Part shown: in pieces, positions 1 to 10,712 of the stretch | Layout of the letters: every line of letters begins with the position of its first letter | Position numbering within the stretch: position 1 is the stretch's first letter | DNA from: Parasitella parasitica NRRL 2501 | Lineage: Eukaryota; Fungi; Mucoromycota | DNA length: 64,000 nucleotides | Reading direction: 5' to 3' | NCBI GenBank assembly: GCA_025201805.1 | Contig: MU619276.1 | Location: 141,369-205,368, forward strand | Position numbers and translations under genes: made by a program | The notes under the pieces: model-generated | Told to the model about the DNA's origin: nothing | The model's database searches: none | Seen by the model: the letters and a program-made list of their open reading frames with translations, nothing else

Positions 1-320
1 CGCAAACGTGTGTTTTCTGCTTCCACAAGCTTTCTCATCCTGTGGCTGCTCTCAATGGCAAAATGCAGCGAACAGCCGGTTCATTTCTTTGCTTGAATTC
101 AGAATGCCCCAATGCCTTCAAGACAATGTGCCGCGACCAAGTCTCAGCACTTGCAATTGGTCTTGCTGGTCTTGGTTGCCTTTTGTTTAGAGTAACTTTT
201 CCCTGCTTCGACCCAAACCCCACCACTGCCAAGCGCATACAATTCAACAATTTAGCCCTATCTTTTTTGTACAGAAAACAGATACTGGGCTCGCCTTTCG
301 ATGGAGGCAATACTCTTTGA
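1..320 (+). CDS. 3' end (5'-truncated by the window) of a Fanzor1/TnpB-like RuvC nuclease
   Basis: Frame 3 is open from the window edge: QTCVFCFHKLSHP...GSFLCLNSECPNAFKTMCRDQVSALAIGLAGL...TFPCFDP, stop TGA 318-320. CxxC...CxNxxC zinc finger followed by RD-x2-SA-x2-I is the TnpB/Fanzor RuvC-III layout. Confidence 0.8.
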   Translation, partial: QTCVFCFHKLSHPVAALNGKMQRTAGSFLCLNSECPNAFKTMCRDQVSALAIGLAGLGCLLFRVTFPCFDPNPTTAKRIQFNNLALSFLYRKQILGSPFDGGNTL

Positions 321-512
321 AGGTTAGTAAAGAAATATAAAACGTGGAGATAACTCAATATCAATCGAGCGCTGCATCTTTGACTTTGACCTTTTAATAC
401 TATTGGGTAAGTGACATTCCCACTTATAAATTGTTTATAAAAAGTAACCAAAAATCATCTGTTTCTTCTTTCGGAATTTAGCTTGATATACCGTTACAGT
501 ATGTAAGTCTAG
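285..512 (+). ncRNA. Candidate Fanzor omegaRNA scaffold / element right end
   Basis: Hairpins overlapping and following the ORF end: 293-308 GCCTTT/GGAGGC; 319-333 paired with 377-394; TAAGTG/CACTTA 408-426; TTATAAA/TTTATAA 424-440; imperfect 12-bp stem 479-511 ending in CTAG. Boundaries uncertain. Confidence 0.45.
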
Positions 513-611
513 TCCTTTTTTGGAAAGTGGCGGGGCTGGGCGGCATTCCATTTTAGTGCCTGCCTTTGATTGACAGGATATGCCTGTGGTCGTCTTTTCA
601 CGTTTCTTATT

Positions 612-2564
612 ATGCCACCCGCCTGGGATAAACTTCCTTTCGAAATATTGACTTTTATATTTGAATACATCGAGCCTGCAGCCGTCCACTCCAGAAGGTA
701 CTGTCGTCACTATCAGCTTGTATGCAAAGGATGGAGTAAAGCTGCACAGGCACTCTTGTATAAAAATATCAGCCTGCAAGACGCAATTTGGCCAGCGGAT
801 GATTATAATAGTCCAGATGGCACAAGAATCTTTGGAAAGTTTGTGGACACCGTTGGAGCCGTGGCGCCTCATTTAGGAGCACTCGTAAAAAAGCTGACCA
901 TCTGCAGTACTTTTTACCAGTTTGACTATCCCTTGACAACACTGGGAATAATACTCAATGCGTGCCCTTATATTGAAGAACTCTACTGCAACGGGTGCTC
1001 AGACGACATAGTATGGCCGCACTTGCTGACCCTGCAAGATTCGCAATTAGCCAATATAAGGTCGTTTTACAAAGACGATGCAACTGACACGTCCAAGTTG
1101 TATCCGTTTGTCGCCCTCAAGCTGAGGAAATCCCTGGTAAATCTTCACTTGAATGTACGCTCCGCTACTGTGGCCGAACAGCCTCCAAAGCAATGGAGAA
1201 GTCGCTTCCTTATTCAACAGCTCCCCCAATTTATCTGTTTAAAGACTTTGCATTTCGCAGTGTGCGAGTTTCATTCGTACGACATTTTATGCCAAGTTAT
1301 AGATAAATGTAGCCCCACAGTGACCAGACTGAACTTTTACCGATACTTGCCTGGCTTTGATAGCTCCTTGGACGAGGAAACAATCAAGGCCATGAAACCC
1401 AATTATGGCGTAGAAGAAATATACATAGCAATCAGTATCCTGTATTCGATAAAATACTTTATGCTCAAGTTTAAAAATCTAGAAAAGTTTACAGCAGAAA
1501 ACCTCGGCACATATGAATGCTTGAGAGACGGCTGGTTTGCAGAGCTAACAGAGTTGTGCACATCACTCAAAGTGTACAGCATTAGCTTTAATCTCATGAG
1601 GGAGGAATTTATCAAGGACAGTTGTGTAGAACTTACGACCAAAGCAGCCCACGGCGATAAGCGGCTTTTGATTAAATACAATGCGTACGAGACTGACGCA
1701 AAAAACCCGTGTATTGAATTGAAAAAAGATTGCAGCTGTTCCCGAATCGAAGTTTATCTACCAGAGGACGATGATGATTTTAATTACCATACACACTGGC
1801 TCGAAGGGTATTTCCCCTCCGTAGTCGAAATTGAAAACATTGAGAATATTGGCGGGAATGTCGTGTTCAAGTACTCTCCTACGGATGGACATGTAGAGAT
1901 TCACAACGAACGCCTGGAGCAAGGATCACCAGGTAAAAAGGCCTGGACGATCTTGGACAAAGTAATTTCATGCTCAGCAAGCACGCCGAATGTTAATGTG
2001 TCTTTGAGCAAAATGATCTTGATTGGATCAAGACAGCAAACAGACGTGCCATCCAGCAGCAACATCAAACAGTTGACATTCAAGAATTCCACTTTTCAAA
2101 GTAAATTGCTCCCGGCGCTGTCGGCACAATTGCCAATATTAGAAACTTTAATGCTGGATTCCTGCCACGTCTTGATGGACGAAGAACGCCACACACTCAA
2201 GATCTTTTTGCCAACGACCAGGCTGCAAAGACTAGGACTGTCGGTAATACCTCTTTCTTGCATTGGTCATTCAACCGATGGTACGGAGTTTGGCAAGGAT
2301 CGCTGGGAAGCAATTCCGTTCGCCGTAGCCATATCTCCAGGGAGAAAGTATACATTGAAGATTGAAACAGAAGCAAAAACATATACAATTGACAGAGAGG
2401 AAGGCTGCAACGGGGCACTGGAATACACTCGAAAACAAGATATTCACCGTGGCACTGAAGGCCAGTTCCTTGTATGGATAAAATGCCGAGAATTGAGGGA
2501 AATCTCACTTTTGATTACTTCCAGCCAACAGCAAGTAGAGCATCGCTTTGAACAATTAGAATAA
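612..2564 (+). CDS. Intronless F-box protein of a Mucorales-expanded family (F-box plus degenerate LRR/RNI-like repeats)
   Basis: ATG at 612; N-terminal WDKLPFEILTFIFEYI...YQLVCKGW F-box motif; long ORF with LxxLxL repeats. Confidence 0.8.
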   Translation: MPPAWDKLPFEILTFIFEYIEPAAVHSRRYCRHYQLVCKGWSKAAQALLYKNISLQDAIWPADDYNSPDGTRIFGKFVDTVGAVAPHLGALVKKLTICSTFYQFDYPLTTLGIILNACPYIEELYCNGCSDDIVWPHLLTLQDSQLANIRSFYKDDATDTSKLYPFVALKLRKSLVNLHLNVRSATVAEQPPKQWRSRFLIQQLPQFICLKTLHFAVCEFHSYDILCQVIDKCSPTVTRLNFYRYLPGFDSSLDEETIKAMKPNYGVEEIYIAISILYSIKYFMLKFKNLEKFTAENLGTYECLRDGWFAELTELCTSLKVYSISFNLMREEFIKDSCVELTTKAAHGDKRLLIKYNAYETDAKNPCIELKKDCSCSRIEVYLPEDDDDFNYHTHWLEGYFPSVVEIENIENIGGNVVFKYSPTDGHVEIHNERLEQGSPGKKAWTILDKVISCSASTPNVNVSLSKMILIGSRQQTDVPSSSNIKQLTFKNSTFQSKLLPALSAQLPILETLMLDSCHVLMDEERHTLKIFLPTTRLQRLGLSVIPLSCIGHSTDGTEFGKDRWEAIPFAVAISPGRKYTLKIETEAKTYTIDREEGCNGALEYTRKQDIHRGTEGQFLVWIKCRELREISLLITSSQQQVEHRFEQLE

Positions 2565-2711
2565 CACCATCTATTGATGATGCGTGTAAAAAACCCCACC
2601 CCCGTGAAATATTTCGGTGTCAAAAGGACGAATGATCAAATTGTTTAAATAATCTAAAGGCTTCTACATGTACAAAATAAATAAGAGTTTAGTAGACGAT
2701 TTGCAAAAGCT

Positions 2712-4756
2712 TCAACGCTCTGGATCGTCTTTGTTTAGGGATAAACCCGTAGTAGCCACTTGTTTCCATTGATCCACAGTCAAAAGAGCACGGTAACCAG
2801 CAGCAACCTTTCAGAAACATTAGAAAGACGTTTGAAGCTATAGTATACAACAGTGTCACCTCTTTAAATAAGCATTGTAGTGGATCTGAAGGAGATTGCC
2901 AAAGCCTCATGATGTCAAACAAGGTACGGATAGCCTAAGAAAAAANNNNNNNNNNNNNNNNNNNNNNNNNNNNNNAAAAAAAAAAAAAAAAAAGCAATAC
3001 AACGCATATAAGTACGCAATGTCCTACACAGTACATAAAGTCCATTACCACTTCATTCAAGGCTTGTGGGAAAAGACAAACCATCTTGCAAAAGCCTTGA
3101 AACGCACTATCCTTTTCATCGTTTTCCGGCATTCCTCTTGATCTGTACAGCCAAGCGCGGTAAAATTGGGGAAGAACACGGGCGACTGTTTCAGCGTTGT
3201 GGATGCCTAACCGACCGAGGGTATTGACTGCATTCTCCTGGAGATCTACAGTTTGCGATTGGGAATGAACTAGTGGGATCAGCGCTCGTAATACTGGGTC
3301 AATGTATTTTTCCATGTTTTCTCGACTCCATCGTATAGACACCTCGCCGACAGCCCAAATGGCATTATTGCATACTGATTTGAATGCCGGATCCTCGTTT
3401 TGCAGTTGTCGAATCAACTCTGGCATCATGTTTTCAAGGTAAGGGTGTAATGCGGTAAAGCATGCTTTGGCAATATCACCTATTAGGGCGTATGTGGGGG
3501 AGAGAACTTGGTACCGAGAGTCCTAAAAGCAAACACCGTTAGACAATAGGACGCCTTTCAACAGTGTTGAATCTTACGTAATGAGCGCAAACAGCTAGCA
3601 ATGGTAGTATTGTGGACTTTCGGACAAAAGGCTCTACCTTGTCGCCTAGTCCCTGGACAATGCCTGACAGCAAATCCAAGGGGATCACAATAAACTCGTC
3701 ATCTAGATAGTCAAAGCCACCATAGCTTTCATTCTGGATGGTCCTCTGTAGTGTTGTTGAGATTAACATGACGCACCTTGTAAAAACAGGCTCGGTGAAA
3801 GGGAGGAAGCCCACGCCTAACGAGGCGGCAATATCTGTCAAACACTAGACAAGATAAACAGCATTATTTGATTCACTTGTTGGTCTCCTTCTGTTCTGTG
3901 TGTACATACTGCTAACAAAGGAAACAGATTTGGATCCGTATCTTCGAGGTGGTTCCATCTAGATATCAACGGAGGCATCAGGACTGCAATAAAATTAGGC
4001 TCGTTGAGAGATGATCCAACGGATTCTGCAAGTGTTCCCATAGTATCATACAAAAGTCGTAAATTCCGGTTTCTGTACAATCTTAGTGCCCTTGTCAGAT
4101 GATTTAAAATCACTGCCAAATAAGGCTCAAGTTCTTGTTTCGATGCATGTTCTTCCAAAGTTGAGAAAGCCGAGCATGCTGCCTCTTGCACCCTGCAGCT
4201 TCTGTCAAGTATACGTCGCAACAACTCGCGAAGCACAGGCTCGTAAAACTGTGTACGGCTCTGCTCAGAGCAGCTCCACTGTGCAATAATCCAACTAGAG
4301 AATCGACTTAGAGTCCAGCAAGAAATACATCTTATATGAGCCTAAACGAAAAAAAAAAAAGAAAACAATTTAAATGCGAATAATATATATGTATATGTGT
4401 ATGTATATGTATATATTTACATTGGTGTTTGATAGATTTGTAATGAGAAAGGGTATCAATTCGGGTAAATGATAAGTAATGCCTTCAATGCCACCTGTTT
4501 TTGCATGAATGTCAAATCAACAACATTCAGGTAGAGTGTGAAATGAAAAAAAAACAAACCTTCTGCAGCTGCGCCCAATGCAAGTATGCCACTTTCAACC
4601 ACTCTCCAATCATCGCTAAATAAGGCTTGATTCAGCAGTGGCAGCAAAATGTCTGTCATGTGAGATTTAAAAGATGATGTGAGCGCATCCAGCGACGTTG
4701 CACTGAATTTTCGCAGTGTCCATTCAGAGAAAAACTCTTCGTCTTCGAGATCCTCA

Positions 4757-4791
<35 letters not shown>

Positions 4792-5979
4792 TTCGTCACT
4801 GCCGCTGCAGTATTGCTGCTTGTATCTGTTGTAGTTGGATTTATACCGACTCGCAAATCGTGGCTGCAAATCCTGGAGACTCGGATCATCATCGTCTCCC
4901 CCCATCATGAGCAAGTCCTCCTCAGTGTATATGATGGAGTTCAAAATCACGGGAACCACGCGCGGTAAAAATGGCAGCAGATAGCCATGGATGCTCTCCA
5001 AGCGAGCAAACTGGTGCCAGAATTCACAAGCTTCCAGTGCCACCTTTGTGTTTTCGGACTGGTTGCAAAAAATCATGTATTCAATCAGCTGGTCGATGTA
5101 TGGCAAAAGGCGCTCAGTAAAGTTATCCAGCAGCATGACAAACGAACGGCACACTTCTTGACGTACTTGGACCGTTTCATCAGATGCAATGTTGAATAGT
5201 GACTGGAGATAGCTGTCCATGTTTTTCAGCACAGATGCGGATTGCAGTTGTATGAAATGGCTGATCGCCTTGATGGAGGAAACCCTAAAACGGACATTTG
5301 GGTGGTTGTTGAATGGTATTAGTTTTGGCACCACGTAGTCGAGCACAGGCTTCTTGCTTTTGTCATCGACTGCCTCGTTGATATCCACTGCGTTGTCTTC
5401 GCACATCATCTGTATTGTGTCCAGAGCCATCTAACATTGCGCAAGATAAATACCGTGACTAGAAGCTTTCCATACAATGCAGCGTAATTACCTCCACAGA
5501 CAATGCATCAGGGCTGTCCAGTCGGCTCATCAGTATCTGCATCATTTCCGGCCAATTCACGACGTGCCCCCTTACAATGATGGCCGTGATAACAGACCCA
5601 ATGGTTCGTCTTATTGTGGCGTCTGGATCAGGATGCTCCAAAAACTGAATGCACACTGATTTTACATGATCCAACACTAACAGTGGTGTCAAATTGAAGT
5701 TGTTTAGCAAATTGTTTTTGAGCGTCAACCCGGCTATAGTTCTGATGTAATTATCTTGAGCGGGCATCAAGGCTAGTATATAGATGAGGTAGGAGTTGTA
5801 TTCCGGGATTGCATTGAATGAAGCCAGTTTCTATAGAGTACGGTTTAAAATGGAAATTCTATCAATGTATTTTATAAAACCTCCTGAACCAAGAGCTGGC
5901 TTCTATTGTCTGGATGTATTGCATCTTGTAGCAAAATTAATAGCTCTTTTAACCCGTGCTCTTCTGGCTGCCAGTTCAT
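2712..5979 (-). CDS. KAP104: Transportin-1 / importin beta-2 (Kap104-like), multi-exon
   Basis: Starts MNWQPEEHGLKELL; exons encode RTIAGLTLKNN, VALEACEFW, acidic loop then WTLRKFSATSLD, RVQEAACSAFSTLEE, SVCNNAIWAVGE; ends ...KDDPER*. Confidence 0.9.
2946..2975. other. Assembly gap (N run) inside a polyA tract in an intron
   Basis: Run of n flanked by A tracts; similar gaps at 29071-29090 and 51454-51463. Confidence 0.95.
4753..4790 (-). repeat. Hexanucleotide (TCCTCG)n coding repeat, Asp/Glu tract of the transportin acidic loop
   Basis: tcctcgtcctcgtcctcg... encodes EDEDEDEDEDED on the minus strand. Confidence 0.85.
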
Positions 5980-6338
5980 TTTTCTTGTAGGGAGGAAAAA
6001 TGGAAACGAAAGAAAAGAGGAGCTTATTTGGCTCGATCAACATGTCTGGGGACATGCAACTTTACAAATTAATCGCAGTTATTACCGGAGTTCCAGGATG
6101 TCCCAACTGGAACTCAGGGACAGAAAAGTCTTTGAACCATTATACCAAATTCTTGAGTTACAGGGTCTTCCATTACTAGATCGAATCCAGTCTTATTTGA
6201 GCTCTAACCTATTTGTTTTCCATAATACAGCTACAAGCTCAAAAGCACCAATAATAGAGGTGCAAGTTGTAGCTATGGTACGGTAAAAAATAAAAAATAA
6301 AAAAAAAACAAAAACCAAGTTAATCTGGAAGGTAGTGC

Positions 6339-6374
6339 GGGCTTACAGGGCTTACAGGGCTTACAGGGCTTACA
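6339..6374 (+). repeat. Tandem (GGGCTTACA)x4 repeat with G-quadruplex potential
   Basis: Four perfect 9-bp units giving G3-N6-G3-N6-G3-N6-G3. Confidence 0.9.
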
Positions 6375-6589
6375 GATAGAATAGTTATTGGTGGCAAGAC
6401 TTGGCACTTTGAAAATATAAATACGGACATGGGAAAGTTGTCGATGAGCACATGGAGGGGGGTAACATTGTTGGCCAGAATGAGTTTCCTGTTGAAACAA
6501 TTGCCACTCACTCTAATTACTTGGAAAATGTAGCTTCCAGCGAATCTTTGGCTTGCCCAATGTTAATTGACAAGCCAAAAGATAAAGAC

Positions 6590-6957
6590 ATTCGTATGAA
6601 GCAAGCAAGTGCATTAAATGACATATGATCCAGGAAAAGGTTAGATTTTGCGATCCGAAAAGCGTAGGCGGAGCAGTTGGGCATTCACATTCGCACTGCG
6701 CAAAGATGGGCCAAACACTACTCTATGTGCCCTGATAGCATTTTTAAGAGTTACAAAGAATATTGGTCGAAAGCGTATCTTGACCGAAGAACATAAAGTG
6801 GCTATTATCAACTTCTTTGATGCCAACCCCTCTTCAACAAAAATTGAAGTGGCCGAGCATTTATTGAAACGATTCAATGACCTCAAAGCACGACGCAGCA
6901 CCGTTTATAACATTATTATGAGAAGCAAATGCAATCTTCCATTGAAAAAAGCAGATG
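6590..6957 (+). mobile_element. Degenerate Tc1/IS630-like transposase N-terminal HTH fragment
   Basis: Across frames: AEQLGIHIRTAQRWAKHY then GRKRILTEEHKVAIINFFDANPS...RSTVYNIIMRSKCNLPLKKA, resembling Mucorales Tc1-like transposases. No DDE core follows. Confidence 0.7.
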
Positions 6958-6959
6958 AA

Positions 6960-7245
6960 GCACTTCCTAAAGTTGTGGAATGCCATCATAAATGTCCATT
7001 CTGTGAATTCTATTGCAAAAATCTCAATAAATTGAAAAGAGCATGTGTATGAAAAGCACCCAACCATTCTCCCTGCCGCATTGTCCAGCAGCACATTGCC
7101 AACTCATTCCGCCTCCACCGAAAAATCGCCTCCACCCAAGACTGTGCCTGTGAAGAAACAGAAACCTAACAACGATGACATTAGTGGCCATTTTGAGAAG
7201 GTACAACAATGGGGTGGTGCTGGATACACCGTGTATCAACTGTGA
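6960..7245 (+). pseudogene. Frameshifted C2H2 zinc-finger fragment fused to the transposase relic
   Basis: HKCPFCEFYCKNLNKLK, then after a +1 shift in an A-run near 7035-7040, EHVYEKHPTILP completes the C2H2 finger. Confidence 0.5.
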
Positions 7246-7975
7246 TGTATGACCGCTCAAGAAGATCATGGCATCTTCGTCACAATAGATACAATCACCA
7301 TTGTTCTATTTACCCTGACCCTGACCCTTACCATTTAACACCTTAACCTCACATCAATCTCATCAGTTCGAATAGTATATAAGCCATCTGTCACTTGACG
7401 AGATCTTTGGCTGATTAATTTTAATAATTCATTTCTGATAAATTACACTGAAAATGCAAAAATTGATTTTGATTGGCCAGCGACATCAGTTTTCATTGGC
7501 TGCACCATGGTGATACTACCGTAATCCGTATCCCTCATTCATTAAGCAATCAAAAATTTATTCCATTCTAACAGGCTTTATATAGCTCGTTAACATGTCT
7601 ATAATATTTAATATAACATGTTTCCGCTGCTGCTGCTCATAACCATAGCAACAGCTATAAGCCGAAAATGAATCGCTAAAGCCAACTTCATCACTAGTAA
7701 TCACAACGTATTTGAGCTTCTTGGCCATGACAATGATATCAGAAGAAATCTACTCTGAATGGCAAAAAGATACAGCTATGTGATAAGTCTCACTAATGCA
7801 AAACTGGTTTTTGTCGAGAAATGGTTGCTAAACTATATGATACAAGTTTATGCAAAATAGGCCGTACACAAGTAACTCTTGCTAATTTCAGACAAAAACA
7901 AGTTGCATGTCTTGGCCAAACCAACCCCAAAAAGACATATCAAATAAGCATTATTCTGGTAAAGATGGTATTTTA

Positions 7976-8272
7976 TTAAGAATTCATTTCCTTTTGAGCT
8001 TCGCCCTTTTTCTGCTCAACCTTTGCAGAAGCTTGGCCCGAGTTATTTCCAACAAGGCTATTGACAGCATCCTGCACAGCACCAGTAACTTGAGTTGTGA
8101 GGCCTTGAACATAGCCCAATGTTGTAGCTGCTTGTTCTTCGACTTGGCCTTGACCATTCTGAGCTTTGCCTTCGCCACGAAGGCGCTCGTTACCCACAGC
8201 ATAGCCTACTTTTTCCTTGACATTTCCGATGAATTGATCGGTCTTGGCATCAGTTTTTGAGGGAATAGACAT
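7976..8272 (-). CDS. CsbD/Hmp1-like small hydrophilic stress protein
   Basis: DQFIGNVKEKVGYAVGNERLRGEGKAQNGQG duplicated CsbD-type motif; TATA-like element ~55-60 bp upstream. Confidence 0.8.
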   Translation of the reverse strand: MSIPSKTDAKTDQFIGNVKEKVGYAVGNERLRGEGKAQNGQGQVEEQAATTLGYVQGLTTQVTGAVQDAVNSLVGNNSGQASAKVEQKKGEAQKEMNS

Positions 8273-9051
8273 TTTTGTAAATATTTCTTATAATGAATAA
8301 GCTGTCAATTGGAGTGAATGTCGGCTCTTTATATACACATTTTGATCTACTCAAGAACTATGATGTAATTGAACATTTTTATAAAGTTGAGTGTCGATTG
8401 CGTTACACAGAAGCATCGTCATTATGATGATGGAAATTCTGTACTCCAGCGAGTTTGTGGCGCGTTTATCAACACTGATTAAAATACGTTGTGTCAATGC
8501 AACCTGACGTTTAGAAAGTAAACTCCATGACGTACTTGTCTTTAAGCCGTCTTTGTAATCACAATCAGGAGGAATAGGTATTGATAGAGGTGTCTGGTTT
8601 TTTTTGTAAGGGAAGTTGTCTTTCAGTTTTTATATTAGCCATTGATCGATTATATTACTTGGAATGTTCAAGCAGCGCACTGATTCAATGGCTTGAATAT
8701 ATACATTTGCTACTATGTGAGAGCCTTTTACACTCGAGTAAATTTCAACAATAGAGTGTAAGCTTAAAAGACAAGCAAAGACTCTGAAGATACTAAAGAT
8801 ATTGAATGTTGTACCCTCAGTATAAGCTGTTCAAGATTCTCTTTAACGATTCATGTTCAATTATTGCATATGTTGCTTTCCAAGCTAATGATGCAAGTGG
8901 GTCACTACGATAAAGATAAAAAGCATGCTGAAAAGGGCAGATCATATTCAAGATGGTGCAAATGGAAATATATTTCACTTTTATTCATAAGGGGCACATA
9001 CTTTTACTGATCCATATAACTGAGTGTGAACTGTTAAATGACATGAAGATT

Positions 9052-10260
9052 TTAAACGATTTGTGTATCAAGATATTGCTGGATATATGTGTAGCTTTGG
9101 GTGACACTTTCTTCTTCTGGTTGCTGCTGTTGCCCGTCGAAGTCCTCATCCATGAGGGTCATTTCATCTTCCTCCATTTCTTCATCCTGTTGATCTCGCT
9201 GTTGCTCCTGGCACTGAGCACGGATGTATCCCAATTCGGTGTAACTCAATGTATTCAAATGCGGATAATTTTCAGCGATTGCAGGAAATACAGAGCTGGG
9301 TATTTCCGGGAAATCAGCTTGCGTGATTCCACAGTTTTTAAGACCAAGTAGTTTCAAATTAGAACAATCCCTTACAAGATGACGCACACCGCTCGATGTT
9401 AGTCTTCGGCAGAATGATAAGTCAAGATTGTGCAAGAGTGGTAAAGCAGCGGGAATAGCTTCTAATGTTTGGTCTGTAATGGCACATTCCAAAAGAAATA
9501 GGCCATGAATCTTACCATGCGATTTTACAAAAGGTATTATAGCATTGTCTTCGATGACGGCGCCTCCAGTGATTGAAAAATCTTGGAGGTTGGGTATTGG
9601 CTTTGCAGTTAAATGGTGAATGAAATCCATACTGATGATGTTGCAGCAAACAAGGTTAAGATGTGTCAAATGTTGAAACGAACATAGATCATAAGCTGTA
9701 TCAGCTACATTCAGCCATTTGCAGCCGGATAGATCCAAATATTCGATTTTACGCTGCACAAAGGGCAGCAATGCCAAGGGAGAAAGATTCGGACACGAGG
9801 CCAATGTCAGTTTCTGTAATTGATGGCATTGGCCTAAATAGTGGGCTGATCGGTAGGTTATTAAAGCTCCAGTGAGGCCAAATGACTTTAACTGAGAGCA
9901 GTATTCTGATACTCGCTTGATACTTTTGTCTGTTAATTCATCTGCTTTACGTATTTCCAGTAATTCCAAGTTGGGCATGAGCTGTATTAGGTCCAGTAGC
10001 TGATCGTCGCTCAATGCAACTTTGAAGCCTAGCTTTACGGCTTTAATATACCCTCCTCTTTGGTGTCGACATAGTTTCAAACATTTCAGTAGTTGCCTTA
10101 CGACGCTTGTAGACGATAAATTGGGTTCTCTCCATAATTCCGGTATAGTTGCGTCGTGAAACTCTTTATTTACAAATGTGCAGTTGTATTTTGCCGACTG
10201 TTTTAATAGACTACATATTAGTGATATGATTTCTCTTGGTAGATCGCCAAATGTTGCCAT
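9052..10260 (-). CDS. F-box/LRR-repeat protein (FBXL/Grr1-like cysteine-containing LRRs)
   Basis: FGDLPREIISLIC F-box; repeats such as LDLSGCKWL, LDLSFCRRLTSSGV, LFLLECAITD. Confidence 0.85.
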   Translation of the reverse strand: MATFGDLPREIISLICSLLKQSAKYNCTFVNKEFHDATIPELWREPNLSSTSVVRQLLKCLKLCRHQRGGYIKAVKLGFKVALSDDQLLDLIQLMPNLELLEIRKADELTDKSIKRVSEYCSQLKSFGLTGALITYRSAHYLGQCHQLQKLTLASCPNLSPLALLPFVQRKIEYLDLSGCKWLNVADTAYDLCSFQHLTHLNLVCCNIISMDFIHHLTAKPIPNLQDFSITGGAVIEDNAIIPFVKSHGKIHGLFLLECAITDQTLEAIPAALPLLHNLDLSFCRRLTSSGVRHLVRDCSNLKLLGLKNCGITQADFPEIPSSVFPAIAENYPHLNTLSYTELGYIRAQCQEQQRDQQDEEMEEDEMTLMDEDFDGQQQQPEEESVTQSYTYIQQYLDTQIV

Positions 10261-10678
10261 TTTTTGGATATAAAAAAGAAAAAGAGTCTAGATATACGTG
10301 CATTGAAAAAACAGGAGTTGGATAAAGCTTCGTAAGATTTATGCTACCCTTTACCCCGACACGAACCAATGCACTCGCGAGTCGGACACCGATAGAGCTT
10401 CAATGGCAGCAAAACGGCTTAATCCCAGAAAGCATACACCAGAAGCAGATTGCTGTAAACTAGACATCCTTCCTTTTTCCCTTTCCAAGGTAATTTACAA
10501 TAAACTCGAAGATCGACATGCAGACATTTTAGAAAGAGACGAATGGAGGATGTATAGGCCAGTGGGTTGATGGATGATCAGAACACAACATGTGTTGTAT
10601 CAAACATGGATGGCTTGTACTTTTTTTTTTTCCCGTCTTTTTTCGAAATCTGTCATGTATATACATGTACATAAACAT

Positions 10679-10712
10679 GTGTGTGTGTGTGTGTGTGTGT
10701 GTGTCTGTGTGT
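10679..10712 (+). repeat. (GT)n microsatellite in the RPL15 5'UTR intron
   Basis: Direct sequence. Confidence 0.9.

Noticed and set aside
2896-3141. ORFs running through N gaps and polyA tracts (also 28959-29173 and 51360-51575)
   Set aside because: Artefacts of assembly gaps in introns or intergenic DNA.
6339-6374. Tandem repeat as a CRISPR array or a true telomere
   Set aside because: No spacers, only 36 bp, internal location in a eukaryotic gene-dense region.
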